64,000 nucleotides of DNA. Source: Pseudovirgaria hyperparasitica (Eukaryota). A model generated the notes under the pieces. The model saw only the letters and a program-made list of their open reading frames with translations, made no database searches and was not told where the DNA came from. This document shows positions 24,395-37,300 of this stretch, in pieces. Numbering within the stretch: position 1 is the first letter of the stretch; each line of letters starts with the position of its first letter. The position numbers and the translations under genes were made by a program. The DNA is taken from assembly GCA_010093815.1 (NCBI GenBank), contig ML996573.1. One strand, given 5' to 3'.

Positions 24395-26061
24395 TCAGAG
24401 ACAGAGATAATCATGTTGCCTTTGCAGACGCGCAGAGCACGTGTATTCCATCCATGGCACGTTACGTTTACCATCCGTAATCTGTCGAACGTCCCATACC
24501 TTGTCCAGAATGTTGCACATGGCCGGCTGCTTGATCTCCGTTGCCTTCCTACAATTCTCCAGACAAATTCTAGCATAATGTAGCTGATGCTTCGACGACG
24601 TCTCCACTGCCGCCATGAATAGAGGGAAGACTAGACGTTTGTAGATTGCGGAGTCCACAGGTATTGAGGCTGCTGTGTCTAGAATTGCGCTCACGGAGCT
24701 CTTGATCAAATCTGCGTCGCATGGTATCGAAAATGAATTTGGGAACCTTGCGATCCGCAGTAGCGTTGCGTGTCGGAAGGCTTCTGCAAGCGAAGCCCAG
24801 CTGGGATCATCTGATGGGTAGTCCGCCGTGGTGACATCAAAGTCTCGTAATTGCTGCTCCAGTGCTTCCAGACGTCTTTGGAATGCTACAGGGTGGAGCT
24901 GACCCGCCAACCACGCCTTTCCGCCACAAAGTACTTCGCTGTGGACAAGGAAGATTTCAGTGGGACATCCGATCATGATTTGAAGGCTATTATCTTCGAG
25001 TCAAGATACGTAGTCTCTGACAGAGATTGGAAAAGCCATCTTTTCTGGACCGCTCGTTCCACGGAGCATGTCAAACCTGTACACACATGAACTAAGTATA
25101 GACTTTATTACAGTGCGACACTGACTTACCATGCTAGCGATGAAACGAGAAAGTTGCGAAGTTGATTCTGCGCTGATTTACGAGATGCAATTCGCGAGCA
25201 CAAGAATGCAACACCGTTCAGATGCGTACCGTGGGACGACGTTCCGGTCTCACATATATCCTGCAGTAGTAGTAACAGTATTATAGAAAGCGTCAAATCT
25301 TCCTCCGTCTCGATTAGCCCTAAAAACTCCTCTTTCAGGAGAAATGAGCTGATAGACCGTAATGCAAATAGTTGTGCGATATCGCCGTGGTAGACTGTTC
25401 AAGGAACTCTGAAGCCGGTATGTGACACGCAGAAAGGCCAAGGATGGCGTGCAACAAGCTGGCATCTTGATGTGCGAGCGGGAGGACATATCGACGAAAG
25501 GGATTCAGCCTAGGATCTCGTACGACAACCAGGGCTTCGCATAAGATGATATCAACTACCTCCACGTCACGTCCTTTTCAAGAAGGAGTAGACTGCGGCG
25601 GTGTACATACAGTGCAGCATCCATTGCCAGGAGTTCATCCAAGCCTGGTGAGCGATCCAGAATATCGCTACCAATTGATCCATTCGAGGAGCTCCAACTC
25701 TCTGAAGTCTGGCTTAGTACACTTCTGTCTCTTCCCGGCGGCCTATATAGCGACGACGACCTTTTGAGCGACCACAGCCGCTCTTTGGCCTTGCCCACCG
25801 TGTTCACCTTGCTCTGTTCGGCTACCCGTCTTTTCTTCGGCCCTTTTGCGACGTCGTATACCTTGAACTTCGTCTCATAGCCCTCGCAGAGTAGTCCTTT
25901 GGATATACATCGCTGGCAGGAAGGCTTCCCTCGGTCGCATCTTCGACTCTTGCGGCGACATGTTCCACAGACAGGATCTACAAGTAGTGACGATGAGCGG
26001 TCAAGTTGGCTAGGGTAGTGGTTCTGTTTTGCCCACCTGTTCGTTTGAGTGTCGGCGACAT
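24395..26061 (-). pseudogene. Disabled Zn(II)2Cys6 transcription factor (Fungal_trans_2 domain, Acr-2-like)
   Basis: CGTCRRKSRRCDRGKPSCQRCISKGLLCEGY, NPFRRYVLPLA..D..LLHAILGLSACH, LLLQDICETG.SSHG.HL.GV, C-terminal VPWMEYTCS..L.RQHDYL. Lesions: frameshift about 25370-25375, in-frame TGA 25001-25003, phase mismatch near 25610. Confidence 0.8.
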
Positions 26062-26270
26062 GACACTCACAACCTACCTGAAGACAAAAGCCGTGAGCCT
26101 GTGCTGTGCGTGCCGGCGCGGAAAATGCTCGAAAGGTGGCCGCTAAAATAACATCCATACTTAGCTTGAACCCGCACCACAACAAAGTCCGAAGACCGAC
26201 ACTTTAGCACTGAGATAGGTAGTGCAATTGCATAGAATATATTTGAATCAAAGTATCGCTCTTCCATCAA

Positions 26271-26354
26271 TCCATCGTGGTGTAATGGCTATCATTTGTC
26301 GCTTTCAGTTGAAAGAGCCCCGACAGGACCCGGGTTCAATTCCCGGCGATGGAA
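26271..26354 (+). tRNA. trnE-UUC: tRNA-Glu(UUC) with 12-nt intron (26308-26319)
   Basis: Acceptor stem TCCATCG/CGATGGA, anticodon stem TGTCG/CGACA, anticodon TTC at 26304-26306, T arm CCGGG-TTCAATT-CCCGG, 72 nt after intron removal, T-runs downstream. Confidence 0.95.
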
Positions 26355-26555
26355 TAATCTTTTCATACTCTTTTTACATTTTTCCTTACTTGCTTTGTTC
26401 ATCCCAGGCAGTAGTTTTGGGCTCAGCGACGACATTCTACCTATTAGACAAAGCACAGATACCATATAGAGTTATTTATTACTACTACTACCACAGATGT
26501 TCATTCAATCTTCATAACTTTTTACGTGCTTGATGCATTTGTTAACTATCATCAT

Positions 26556-27827
26556 TTAGGGCGGAGGACACTGTCCTCCTGCTATCGCTTTGACATTAGA
26601 ATACGCAACGATAATCCAGCACACGACCAGTATAACAATCATCCCACAACTAACCCATTGAATACCTTGACTATCTAGTGATTTCCCTAGCAAGGCTGTC
26701 GCGATCGTCCATCCAACATTTGGAAACACGACCGCCCACCATGTCACATCGAATCGCATCTCCTTCAGCCCAAAGCCAACCCCTACAACCGACCAGCCAA
26801 AGAATGTCAAAGACAATAGCCAAAGCCACGCGTTTACTGCTGTCGCCACTACTTTCAGAACCTCACCCGCAGATATCATCGTCCCCATGTACCCAACTGG
26901 AAACTTCATGGCCGCCGCGTTTCCCAGTCCCTGTAGCGCCGCCGCCGTATAGCCGGGTGAACCGACCATGATGAACATGCCAACACGCGTCTGTGGCGCT
27001 GGTAGCCCGATTGCAAAGCAACGATATATGAAGATCGCGAAGATCAAGTACGAGATCATGAACCCCAGCCCCTGGAAAGCGATGCCACCGATGATGATCG
27101 GGAGTGCCGAACTAGGCGGCTGTTTTAATGCAATCAGAGATGCGAGTGTACCGGCGAGCATAGTCGGATAGATTCCCAACGCCATGCTTGGCTGGATCTT
27201 ATCCAGCGTGATCTTGTTCGTTGCGAAGTGGTATGCGAACAGACCGATGCCAAGAGGGATCGTGAAAGCGACATAGCACCAGAGGAGGATCTCTTGTGCC
27301 TTGACTAGCCACGGACCTGAAGCAGGTATGCCATATTGTTCAATGTTACCGATGATGGTCGCTTGCGAAAGGAACCAGCAGCCAAAAAACCAGGCTTCCG
27401 TTGGATCCGAAAGGGAGCGCTTGAAAGCTTTTGGTTCGAGTATGAAGCGGGTACTGATACAGCAGGTGAAGGTTATGAATAGCACAATGTCGAGGATCAT
27501 AAAAATCTTCCCGATTGTCTTCATGCCGCTGAAGACCTTGGGTGATTCAGATATGGCGATTGCAAGACCGCCAGTTGACATCGTACACGCAAACCAGTTC
27601 CATTTGAAGTTACCAATGCGGTTTCGGAGTAAGGATCTTTTCTGCGCGATACGTTTGGGAGGAGGTGAATGGCCGTTGGGTGGGAGAGTATATGGATCGT
27701 TAACCATCATATGCGACTGTCGATGTGCACGCACAGCACTCTCGTGAGCATGGCTGATATCGTCAAGATGCTGTCCGGCATGTTGGTGACGATTTGCATT
27801 GTCATCTTCAGAGCGTCTGAAGGCCAT
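26556..27827 (-). CDS. SLAC1/TDT family C4-dicarboxylate (malate) transporter, Mae1-like
   Basis: 423 aa with about 10 hydrophobic segments; R..NF.WNWFA.TMSTGGLA, GLPAPQTR.GMFI.VG.PGYT, WWA.VFPNVG motifs. Confidence 0.92.
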   Translation of the reverse strand: MAFRRSEDDNANRHQHAGQHLDDISHAHESAVRAHRQSHMMVNDPYTLPPNGHSPPPKRIAQKRSLLRNRIGNFKWNWFACTMSTGGLAIAISESPKVFSGMKTIGKIFMILDIVLFITFTCCISTRFILEPKAFKRSLSDPTEAWFFGCWFLSQATIIGNIEQYGIPASGPWLVKAQEILLWCYVAFTIPLGIGLFAYHFATNKITLDKIQPSMALGIYPTMLAGTLASLIALKQPPSSALPIIIGGIAFQGLGFMISYLIFAIFIYRCFAIGLPAPQTRVGMFIMVGSPGYTAAALQGLGNAAAMKFPVGYMGTMISAGEVLKVVATAVNAWLWLLSLTFFGWSVVGVGFGLKEMRFDVTWWAVVFPNVGWTIATALLGKSLDSQGIQWVSCGMIVILVVCWIIVAYSNVKAIAGGQCPPP

Positions 27828-28620
27828 TGGATCTGGAATTCCTGGAAGCTGATTTTTGATTGAAGTTAGTTATGCCCATCATTCAGCATTCTGTACATAT
27901 ACAACTTACATTTGAAACAGTGCGGTCCATTTTATCACATCATCTATAGGGGCTTCTATACAGTTTTCCATCTTTTTCGGTTATGAATGAAAAAATGCTC
28001 GCATACAATCCGAAGAAGTGCTCCGAAAAGCCATTAAATTCATCAGAATGACGGCACCTACAAAATTGCATAAATTTAGATATGGCGTCATTCGATCATC
28101 CCGCATCAAGACGTCATTGGTTTCCATAGTACTTGAAGTATTAGAACAAAGCTTCCTACAGCATCCTTTACTTGCACATGTTTATTTTGTTCGTAGACAG
28201 TTTTGTCACGTTCGTGAATGTAGGCTCACCGAAATTGAGCTTCACTCGATACTTGAAATATTGACCGAAAGCTCGTACTGATAGCATCATTGGCTGGCTC
28301 ATACTATGGCTATCATTACTTCAGGCTATGTTGCTCCAGCTCACGGAAGTAATGCCAAAACGAAAGCATCAAAGCTATAGAACAAGCACCCCCTCCCCAT
28401 TTCGTCATGCGAAGTTGCATTAGGATCGTTCATAGAGACAATCATGGCACGTCTGTGTATGTGTTCTTAGGGTGTTTTAAGTAGTGGTCATCACTCAGAA
28501 TCGTTGATACTTTACATGTAATAAGCAACGATAGAGTTGATAAGAGTCAGAAGCTTCGTATACTAAATTAGACATTACAGATCTGAACACAATCCAAGTG
28601 TGATTACCTTGGTTGAGTCT

Positions 28621-28630
28621 ATGACGTCAT
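28621..28630. promoter_or_regulatory. Perfect CRE/ATF-type palindrome ATGACGTCAT in the divergent promoter region
   Basis: Sequence match only; about 800 bp upstream of the malate transporter ATG. Confidence 0.3.
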
Positions 28631-29878
28631 TCGTATCCACGGAGCACATCCCCACGCAGCTCAGGGTTTCTACTTGCCTTAATGAGATGTCCCAACTGGC
28701 AGATAAGTCTTCGCGTTCTAATGTGCAGCACTGAATCATTGCTGGTTGAGCACTTATACGTCAGGTAAGGTGTGTCTTTAAAAATATTCTAGGGAGTAGC
28801 TACGTGTAACGTATCAAGACTCCGCGTTGGACGATAATATTGAGGATGAATTCAGCAGTTGGCCACAAGCAATCTACGCCCTCATCGTTGGCAGCATTCG
28901 TCCCGGGGCAGACATTAGGCTGACAGCGGGTTTAGAGCTTTTACCAAAATTTGTTGATTTTTGAGAACACCTTTAGGCTGTTCGCGTGAGTCGAACAGGT
29001 TAAGGCATGATTCATGGCTTCTGTGTAAGAGTCTAGAATGCAGGTCGACTGTGGGGTGCATCTCCGGGCGCGGCACATTCCTGACATGGTCCCGAGTAGT
29101 TTCGCTAAGGGGCAATGCCAAGCATCGTGAGTTGAGCGTGCAACCGTCCATTCGAAGATTTTCAAGCATATGACTGACGGCCGATGAGACAAGTCTATAC
29201 TGAGGATAGACTTGACTCAAGCCATGCGAAGGAATCCCCAGTGTCCTGTGAGCTTAACAAAGGAGGCGCGCAAAGAAGGCCGCGGATAGCTCGTTTCTGA
29301 TTGGCCAAGATGGAGTTTTAGTCTGAGGCAGTGCACTTGGCGTTGTATTTGACCCAGAACCAGCAGACTTCTGGATTCCTGCCTGGCTTGAGCTGGCGTG
29401 AGAAGTATGCAAAACTCTTTGGATGGAAGCATTACGTGGGAGAGCGCAATCTCTCGTTGTTGGACGTCTGAGAACTGATTATTGTCTGCCTCTGCGAAGG
29501 AAGCATTTTCTAGCCGAAGCTCATCTTCTCGAGCCAGACGAACGGACATCAATTGATTCGAGAAGGCGACAGGTTTCCGAGAGACCGTTAAACATACAAC
29601 ATACGTGTGTACCGCAGAGTCACAACTTCGTCTACGAGTGCCCAAGTTACTCCGCAGTGTCCGTTTTTGAGATTCTCTGCCGTCGAAACATTGAAGTTCT
29701 CTATGAACTCAAGACCTTGTGATACGCGAAGCGCTTGGGGTTCCGCACAGCCTTTATCGTTATCGCGAGGTTGCGAAGGTCCATAGACAGCCGATATATT
29801 ATTTGCTGGAAGTGGTCTGCCTACGTAAGACCTCGCGTGGTCAAGGGTCGCAAAGCGAGATCGACGAAAAGCACGGCC

Positions 29879-31359
29879 ATGTCGACAGATTCAGTCCACA
29901 AAGATGATGTAGAGTGGCCTGTTCGTCGTGCCACGATAGGGGAGTCGTCCTCGACCACCAGCGAACTCTCACCGATTCCGGCTGTTGCTGGACGCACAAG
30001 GAGGAAGTCTATCACCACCGCTTGCGAACGTTGCAGAAGAAGGAAGATCCGATGTGAGTCTATTGCGAGACTTTGCACTCTATGGATTTTGATTGGCTGG
30101 TAGGTGATGGTAATCAGCCGTGCGCAACTTGCGCGCGCTTCATGGTCAATTGTGTTCGTCCTAGCAAGCACAGAGAGAGATTTGGACCGTAAGTGAACAG
30201 GATGCTGCATGCGCCCAGAGATCACTCGTTTATAGAACACAGGGAGCAGCAAGCTGCCTTGGAAGATCGAGTACGTCGTCTTGAGACTCAGCTCGCCGAG
30301 ACAAGAATGCAATCGAATTTGAATGATACGGAGGATCTCTTCAGCGACTGGCAAGGGGAAGACGACGATATGTCCATGCCTCATTTAGGTCTTCGACTGG
30401 ACACTGATATGAGCCATCCGCAGCGTTCGTTCTCGTACGACGACCAGCTTGGAAACCCCTTTCTGGGGCATTTGACGCCGACTGACATCCCCATGATCGA
30501 GATCACTGGGTGCGAGTCGCCGTTTCCTAGGCCATTATCTCCATCGCCATCTATGCTCTCAGCGTCTGGGATATCCAGGACATCTACTCCAGATGCTTAC
30601 ACAGCGACAACGCCTGCTTCTCATCCTGCTCACTTGGTCGCACCGAACCCTGCGGTCTCAATATCACCACCTGTCTCGCCTCAAGGTAGGGTCAACACCT
30701 GGGATTTTGCTGGGATGGACGACTTCTCGTCATTTCTGAGTCCATCTCTAGGAATTGTAGAAGAGGGCATGTCCCGGAGATCTTCGATCTCGTCATTGGG
30801 GCTTGACCAAGATCTGAGTGCGATGAATCTGGCTTTCCCCGACTTCTTCGACAATAGCCAGCTGTATGGGCAAAGTACTGGGACGTTCACACAGCTGCAT
30901 CATTCTCCACCGCAGATGCCATCTAGAGATACTGGATCCCACGAGCCATACCGTCATGTAGCCTTGTCTAAGCCGGAGGCACAACAGCTGACCGAGATAT
31001 TCTTCGCCAAGTTTGCACCCATGCAGGCGCCAATAAATCGAGATGGCCTTCAGATCTGCCTCGAAGCGGTCTATTCACTCCCCGATTTCAGCTCGGCCAT
31101 GACACTAGAAGCAACGAAAATCCTTTCCAGTGTTCCTTCTTGTTCTCTGGACGCGGCGAAATTTCAAGTGTTCATCATTCTAGCAACAGCCCTGCGTATG
31201 GTCGGCGCTCCGATTGGATCTAGTAACGCAGCAAGATGTGAAGCCTTGTATGGGCTCGCTATGCAGCAGACCCTCTCATCTCGTTTCTGGAACAAGGACC
31301 AAGGTGTGGAGATGGCGCTGCTGCTTGCTGTATTTGCTAAAGCATGCTCTACGGGCTGA
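29879..31359 (+). CDS. Zn(II)2Cys6 transcription factor; 3 exons
   Basis: ACERCRRRKIRC|DGNQPCATCARFMVNCV across intron 30054-30103; intron 30189-30242 joins the coiled coil ALEDRVRRLETQL and the 388-aa ORF. Confidence 0.88.
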
Positions 31360-32210
31360 CTATCGAGAGACGAGTATTAAGGCGTCAGGTGTATCGCCTT
31401 TGGGGGGAATTCCACGCAGTCCTCGTCTTGTTCAGTCACACTCGCGACTGATGATCTCTCAGGCGTTTTCGTTGCGTTTTCGAAAAAATAAAAGAGTCTA
31501 TGACATGACCAGAGAGCACTGAGTTACAGAGCTCGACTGATTATCTTGCCTATAATTCTTCATAGTAGCACTTCTGGTAAACTGTCAATGCCGAGCAGTA
31601 AGTCGCATAGTGATAAGATCTTGCTCGAAGGAGGGGGTAGAATGACGTCGCTTTTGACGATGGCGATGTGACTGTACCTTGTGTAGATAGGAGGCTGGAC
31701 GTGAGGAGCGAATTTATATGGAGGATGTAGTTAAGGTTGGATGTATAGATATCTATAGGTAGTAGTAAACCTCCATGCACCTAGGGGTCGCGTCGACGAC
31801 GTCAGATCAGGCAGGAAGGCACCAGGGGTGCGCAAGCTAGATTTAGTGAGATACCCCGCCTCGTCAAAGAGCCTTTTCATGGTGGCAGCCAGCAGCATCG
31901 GGCAGTATTTGGCTTCGTGAAGCTTCAATGTTCCAAAGACTTCATTAACTCCTGGTGCTCCGTCGGTTCATCCGACGACATGTTACGCACCACACTGGTC
32001 TATCACACACAGCTAGCAATGCTATGTTGTGCGCCTTAAGTCGCTTGTCAGTGCGTCCGGTGATGAGTGAGCTTTGAAATCGGGGCCAATCACAGCCACC
32101 TCAAGTGCCTCTCGTCAGTCGTTCTCTCTGCAGCTTCACCGCCATAGCAACTGTATCTACGACTTCATAACATATTTTCGAGTCTATACTCTCGTTCTTA
32201 GCCTTCTATC

Positions 32211-34299
32211 ATGGCTCCTGGAGTCGTCAGTTCCCAGGAGCAAGTCATACACTCAAGCGGAAATACCAACGGCTGCCCAGACCTCCGTTTCCTGCACTTC
32301 AATGATGTCTACCACGTCGACTCGTCTTCAGCAGAACCAGTCGGTGGCTTTGCGAGGTTTCAGACCCTCCGCAATTACTACCATAGCGACAAGAAGTTTC
32401 AGGGCCAGCCAGAATTGCTCACATTCTTCTCGGGTGATGCTTTCAATCCTAGCTTGGAAAGCAGCGTAACGAAAGGTACTGCGATGAACAAGGACTAGAT
32501 ATGAAAATCATACTTATAAGCCCAAGGGAGTCATATGGTGCCAGTACTAAACAATATTGGAACCGATGTCGCTTGTGTAGGAGTACGTTCTTTTAGCCCC
32601 TAGCACATTCAGCTTCGAGCACTGACAGAGTTGTACTCTCTAGAACCACGATCTTGACTTCGGTGTTAGACAATTCCGAAACTTGACCGCCCAGTGTGAC
32701 TTTCCATGGCTACTCGCAAACGTCCTAGATCCCGCGCTGGGCGAGAACGAGCCTTTGGGCAATGCGAAGAAGACTGTGATGCTAACATCTTCAAATGGCA
32801 TAAAAGTAGGCGTGATTGGCTTAGCCGAAAGAGAATGGCTAGACACTATCAACTCCCTACCTCCGGACATTATCTATAAATCTGCCTCACAAACCGCGAA
32901 AGAGCTTGTGCCGGGGCTGAGGGAACAAGGTGCTCAGATCATCATTGCTGTAACACACCAGAGGGAGCCAAACGACAATAAGTTGGCGGAGAAGGTCCCG
33001 AAAGGTCTGATTGACATCATTCTGGGCGGCCATGACCATTACTACAATCACAGCTTTATTAATGGAGTACACGTGCTCAGATCAGGTACGGACTTCAAGC
33101 AATTGAGTTATATCGAGGCTCGTCGGAGACCGAATGTACCTGATGAGTGGGATTTCGACATCATAAGGCGGGACATAACATCAGATGTTGTACCCGACCC
33201 AGCAAGCGTAACACTAGTCGAAAGACAAACAGCATCTCTGAAGACGAAACTTGAAAAACCAATCGGCTACACTGCAGCTCCTTTAGACGCTCGCTTCCGC
33301 ACAGTCCGACTTAAAGAATCAAACATCGGTAATTTTGTGTGCGACCTCATGCGACACACCTATCAAGCAGATTGCGGCCTCATGGCCGCCGGTACTATCC
33401 GAGGTGATCAAATATACCCACCAGGCGTGCTCCGACTGAAGGACATTATGAATTGCTTCCCATTCGAAGATCCGGTAGTTGTCATCAACGTAACTGGGCA
33501 AGCTATCCTCGAAGCTCTCGAGAACTCCGTAAGTAAATTCCCCGCGCTCGAGGGTCGCTTTCCACAAGTCTCCAACATTGAATTCGAGTTTCATCCCGAA
33601 AAGCCAGAGGGGTCCCGCATTATAAGCTGTGAAGTTGCAGGCGGGCCGCTAGACAAGGACCGTGTGTATAAGCTGGCGACAAGGGGCTATATGGCGCGCG
33701 GAAAGGATGGGTATGATTCGCTACTCATCGAAGCTGAGGGTGGTAAGGCAGTCGAAATTGTGTCCGAGGAGAACGGTGTCCTGATATCGACACTGCTGCG
33801 ACAGTACTTCATGTCGTTGAAAGTGCTCGGGAAATGGAAGATGTGGGGGCCAAGTATGGGTCGACATTGGCAGGGCGTACAAAGGAATTTGCAGGCCAAA
33901 CACCCCCATATGGAGCCCCAGTCGCCGACGGACGATGTTCTGGGAGCGTTCGAGTCGTTCGAGGCGGAACGCACGAATCGAAGTCAAGTGACTGGGGAGA
34001 CGGATGGCGTTGATGCGGACAGCGAGGATGAGACCGCGACCACCAAACCGATTTCGACGCAGTCGAGTCGGCAGGAACGAGAGCTGGAGGTTATGAGACG
34101 AGTCATGCGGAAATGGTGGCGGCTGGCCGGGATGACAGAGGATGCAAAGCTAGGTCAGCCGTTAAACCATGGCGAATTCACTGTGAATTGGACAACGGTA
34201 AGTCTTTTTCATCTTCAAGCGTGCCAATCGCTGACATTCTAGGCAATCGCTCCAATGGTCGAAGGTCGTATCAAGCAATTCAGTCCTGTGAAGGCATAG
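32211..34299 (+). CDS. 5'-nucleotidase (calcineurin-like metallophosphoesterase plus 5'-nucleotidase C domain); 4 exons
   Basis: LHFNDVYH, FSGDAF, VG|NHDLDFG, IAVTH, IILGGHDH, ESNIGNFVCD, N.FPFED, GRFPQVS motifs; no signal peptide seen. Confidence 0.93.
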
Positions 34300-34380
34300 C
34301 AATGGGGCTAAACTCATGGGCATAGAAATTCTGACTACTCTACAAAAACATACAAAGACTTTTGCGCCATCGCGAGCGCT

Positions 34381-37300
34381 CTAGAACCCAAAAGAATCCA
34401 ACAAGCTGTTTGCGTCCGGCTCATTGAATTGCGTCGGCGGTTGCGACTTTTTCTTCTCTGACTCTTTCTCATTTTCGCCCTCGTATTTGTCAACGTCTTC
34501 ATCCTCAGTCTCTTCGTCATCGTCTTCTTGACTTCCCTCCTTGACCCCATTCCGAAGTGAAGGCGTCATAGTCCTTCTGATTGGCAGATCGGCCACGACT
34601 AAGGAGCTCCTCCTCCTCAACAACTTCCTCGGATCCAGATCATACGACGCGAGCGGCGAGGTCGGCATCTGCTTCTTCATCTGCGGCGGCGGCGTAAGAA
34701 ACTCCCAACTTCACACTAGATCTAGCGCTAGCACATCGCAACCCATGCGCTGATACAACTGAGCAGTGTGAATGACAAATTCCCACTCGACTCGCTGGCT
34801 GACCATGATGGCACCACGCAGTGTCTGCAGGCTCTTCGCACGTAGCTGCTTGTATAAGACGACGAGCGCAGGATCATCTGCCAGAAATAGCATGCTCTGC
34901 GCCTTGAGGGTTCCGGGTGGGGATACAAGGCTGGAGAGCGGGGACACGAGGGCACGCACGGCGCTGTCGCGTTTGTTGAGGTGCCAAAAGGCCCACGTGG
35001 CGAGCCAACGGTTACCATCCTTGACAGCTTTGGGCAGGATCGTGTTTTGGAGTAACTGGTGGAGTACAGGCCCGTCGTCGCCTTCGTAGACGCGCGCGAT
35101 GGCAATGGCGAGTTGTGTGTCTTGCATTTGATTTGAGAGAACTTGGACAGCGTCGGAAAGATGGTCGGCGAGGAGAAAGAACGCAGCAGCATATTCTACA
35201 TAGGAGATCAGAGAAGTCTATTAGCATGGAACGAAGTGACTTACCGAATCTGCGCCTGCCCATCAACGCATATGCGTTCTTTAGCGCCGCCGTCTTCCAC
35301 CTCGCTTCTGTGAAATTATTTGCGAGCAGGCGCTGCGTAGCCCCTTGTTCCCGGCTCCAAGTTGCCATCCGCCAGAGACCTACGAGAACCGGCTTTTTCT
35401 TCAGCGCGAGATAGTAGAGACTGCAGTCTACTGGATTCTTTTCGTCTGTCTTTGTATACTCGTTGCGTGCAATGACTTCGAACTGTGTTCTGAGTGCTGT
35501 GAGATCAGTCATCCAAATGAACATACCAGTATCTCGAGCGTTTTTCCACAGCATTCTGCCCTGAAAATGACGCGTGATGAGGTCAACGAGAATGTCCTGG
35601 CTCTCGCTGTGGTATGCCCAAGTGATTTCCCGCCATGAGATCTGTGAGCGTTCTGCGCTTTGGTGATTTGATCTGAGCATGTGCTGTCGGAAGAACAGTA
35701 GAAAGCGGCTTGCATTAATGTCGACTGATCGTCTGTGTTTCTCTAGAGTTCCGATGCATTCGACGATGTCTGCTAGATGGAATTGCTCGCAGCTTGATAG
35801 CAACGGTAACTGCCATTTTGTAAGGGATTCTTTTAATGAGGTCGCAACCTCTTCTGTGACAGTAAGAGGCTCATCATCGTCGAAGAATTCGGTGTAAGAA
35901 GAATGCATCTCTTTGCGAGCCAATGTTTGTGGCACGTCATCGTTTTGCGAGAAATCTTCTGTCTTAAGCCCTAGAAACCAGTCAAGGTCGTCGCCGTCGG
36001 TAAAATACTTGAGGTTTTTATGCAAATTTACAAGAATGCTTTGTACTAGCGCAAGCTTCCCGGAAAGTATACACTGAGCTACAAATTGCGGATGGTATAC
36101 TGGCAAAGGACCATTGAGTCGACTGACGAGTGTAAAAAGGTTCACCTCAGCCTTTTCCTTCGAGACTAGCCGAATATCTGGAAAGAAGCTTTCGGAGACC
36201 TCGACATGTTCATCTTGGATGAAGAGCTGATTACCAGCTCCAATGACTAGATGTCCATTACTTAACCATACAGAATCTCCAATTGGATGGGGTGTCACAT
36301 CTTGAGTTCGAAACTCTCGGATCGCGGCCCACGATGGTCGGGCATCGAGGTAGTCATATCTGAGCTGCCCATAAACAACCACTCTGTGCGGAAAGCCCAC
36401 TGCCAAGATAGATTGGTTATCAGGGGTTGACGACCAATCAAGATCTTGGATGTCCCCTCCATGCTCGAACTTCTCCTCGTATTCAAGCTGAGCGCTTTTT
36501 GTATTCCAGATGGACAGGGTAGTCCTAGATTCGTCGACAAGAGCCGCTTTCCTGATAGATGTTCCGCTGGCCAGGGTAGGCCTCATTATAGCGGTCTCGA
36601 AGGAGGAAGTCCTGAGCCAATCCACTTTTGACCTTTTGACGTCTATCCTTGCGGTCCACGTTGTAACTTTGCCGGTGTTTGTGTATGACATAGCGACATC
36701 CCGAGCAAACGAGTCAAGAAAGCCTGATATTACTGGAGTCGACCCAGCAGGATCCACAGGTAGCACGAATGCCAAGTCACTGCCAGAGCCAAGATTGAAC
36801 ATGCAGAACTCTTTCAGATGTATGATCACTGTTCCATCATGGGATAACCTACTTGGCCGCCGTTGCATGGGGCTCAACCCAGCAGAGAAGCGCCTTGAAC
36901 TGGCCTGGTTCCAGGTGTGTGGTAACTGTAATTCCCATACTATACCGTTCATTTCAGACGTGATCGTAGCAAGGTGTATGGTTGGCGATCCCGGGTCGGC
37001 CTCTGGTAATAACAGAAGGCAAAGCGGTTTGCCGCGCACCTGGTATTTCAATTGCTGGACCTTGGTGGCTGTGGCGCCACGTGCATCCCATAAGGAAACG
37101 CTGTCGTGGTGTAAGAAGACTACGAAGTCGCCGTCATGGAGAAGCCATGTCCTATGGACATGTTCAGATACGCTTACGGTGCTATGTCTGTGCAGTGTGA
37201 CACCCTTTTGGGAGGCTCGTTGTGTCCACACAATGATTTCGTCGTCACTCGTCCGAGATACCAAAGCCCGCCCGGTTTCTGTTCGATTGACCTTCTTGAT

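Noticed and set aside
28018..29722. ORFs between the malate transporter and the Zn2Cys6 gene
   Set aside because: No recognisable domain; overlapping short frames in a divergent promoter region.
31963..31975. UaY/Ppr1 binding site upstream of the 5'-nucleotidase (TCGG-TTCAT-CCGA)
   Set aside because: Spacer is 5 nt; the established site is TCGG-N6-CCGA. No support for a local purine regulon.
24395..34713. Genome-wide TGA reassignment (alternative code or selenocysteine)
   Set aside because: TGA is the normal terminator of INCENP, uaY and the 29879-31359 factor, and the other TGA-containing gene also has frameshifts.
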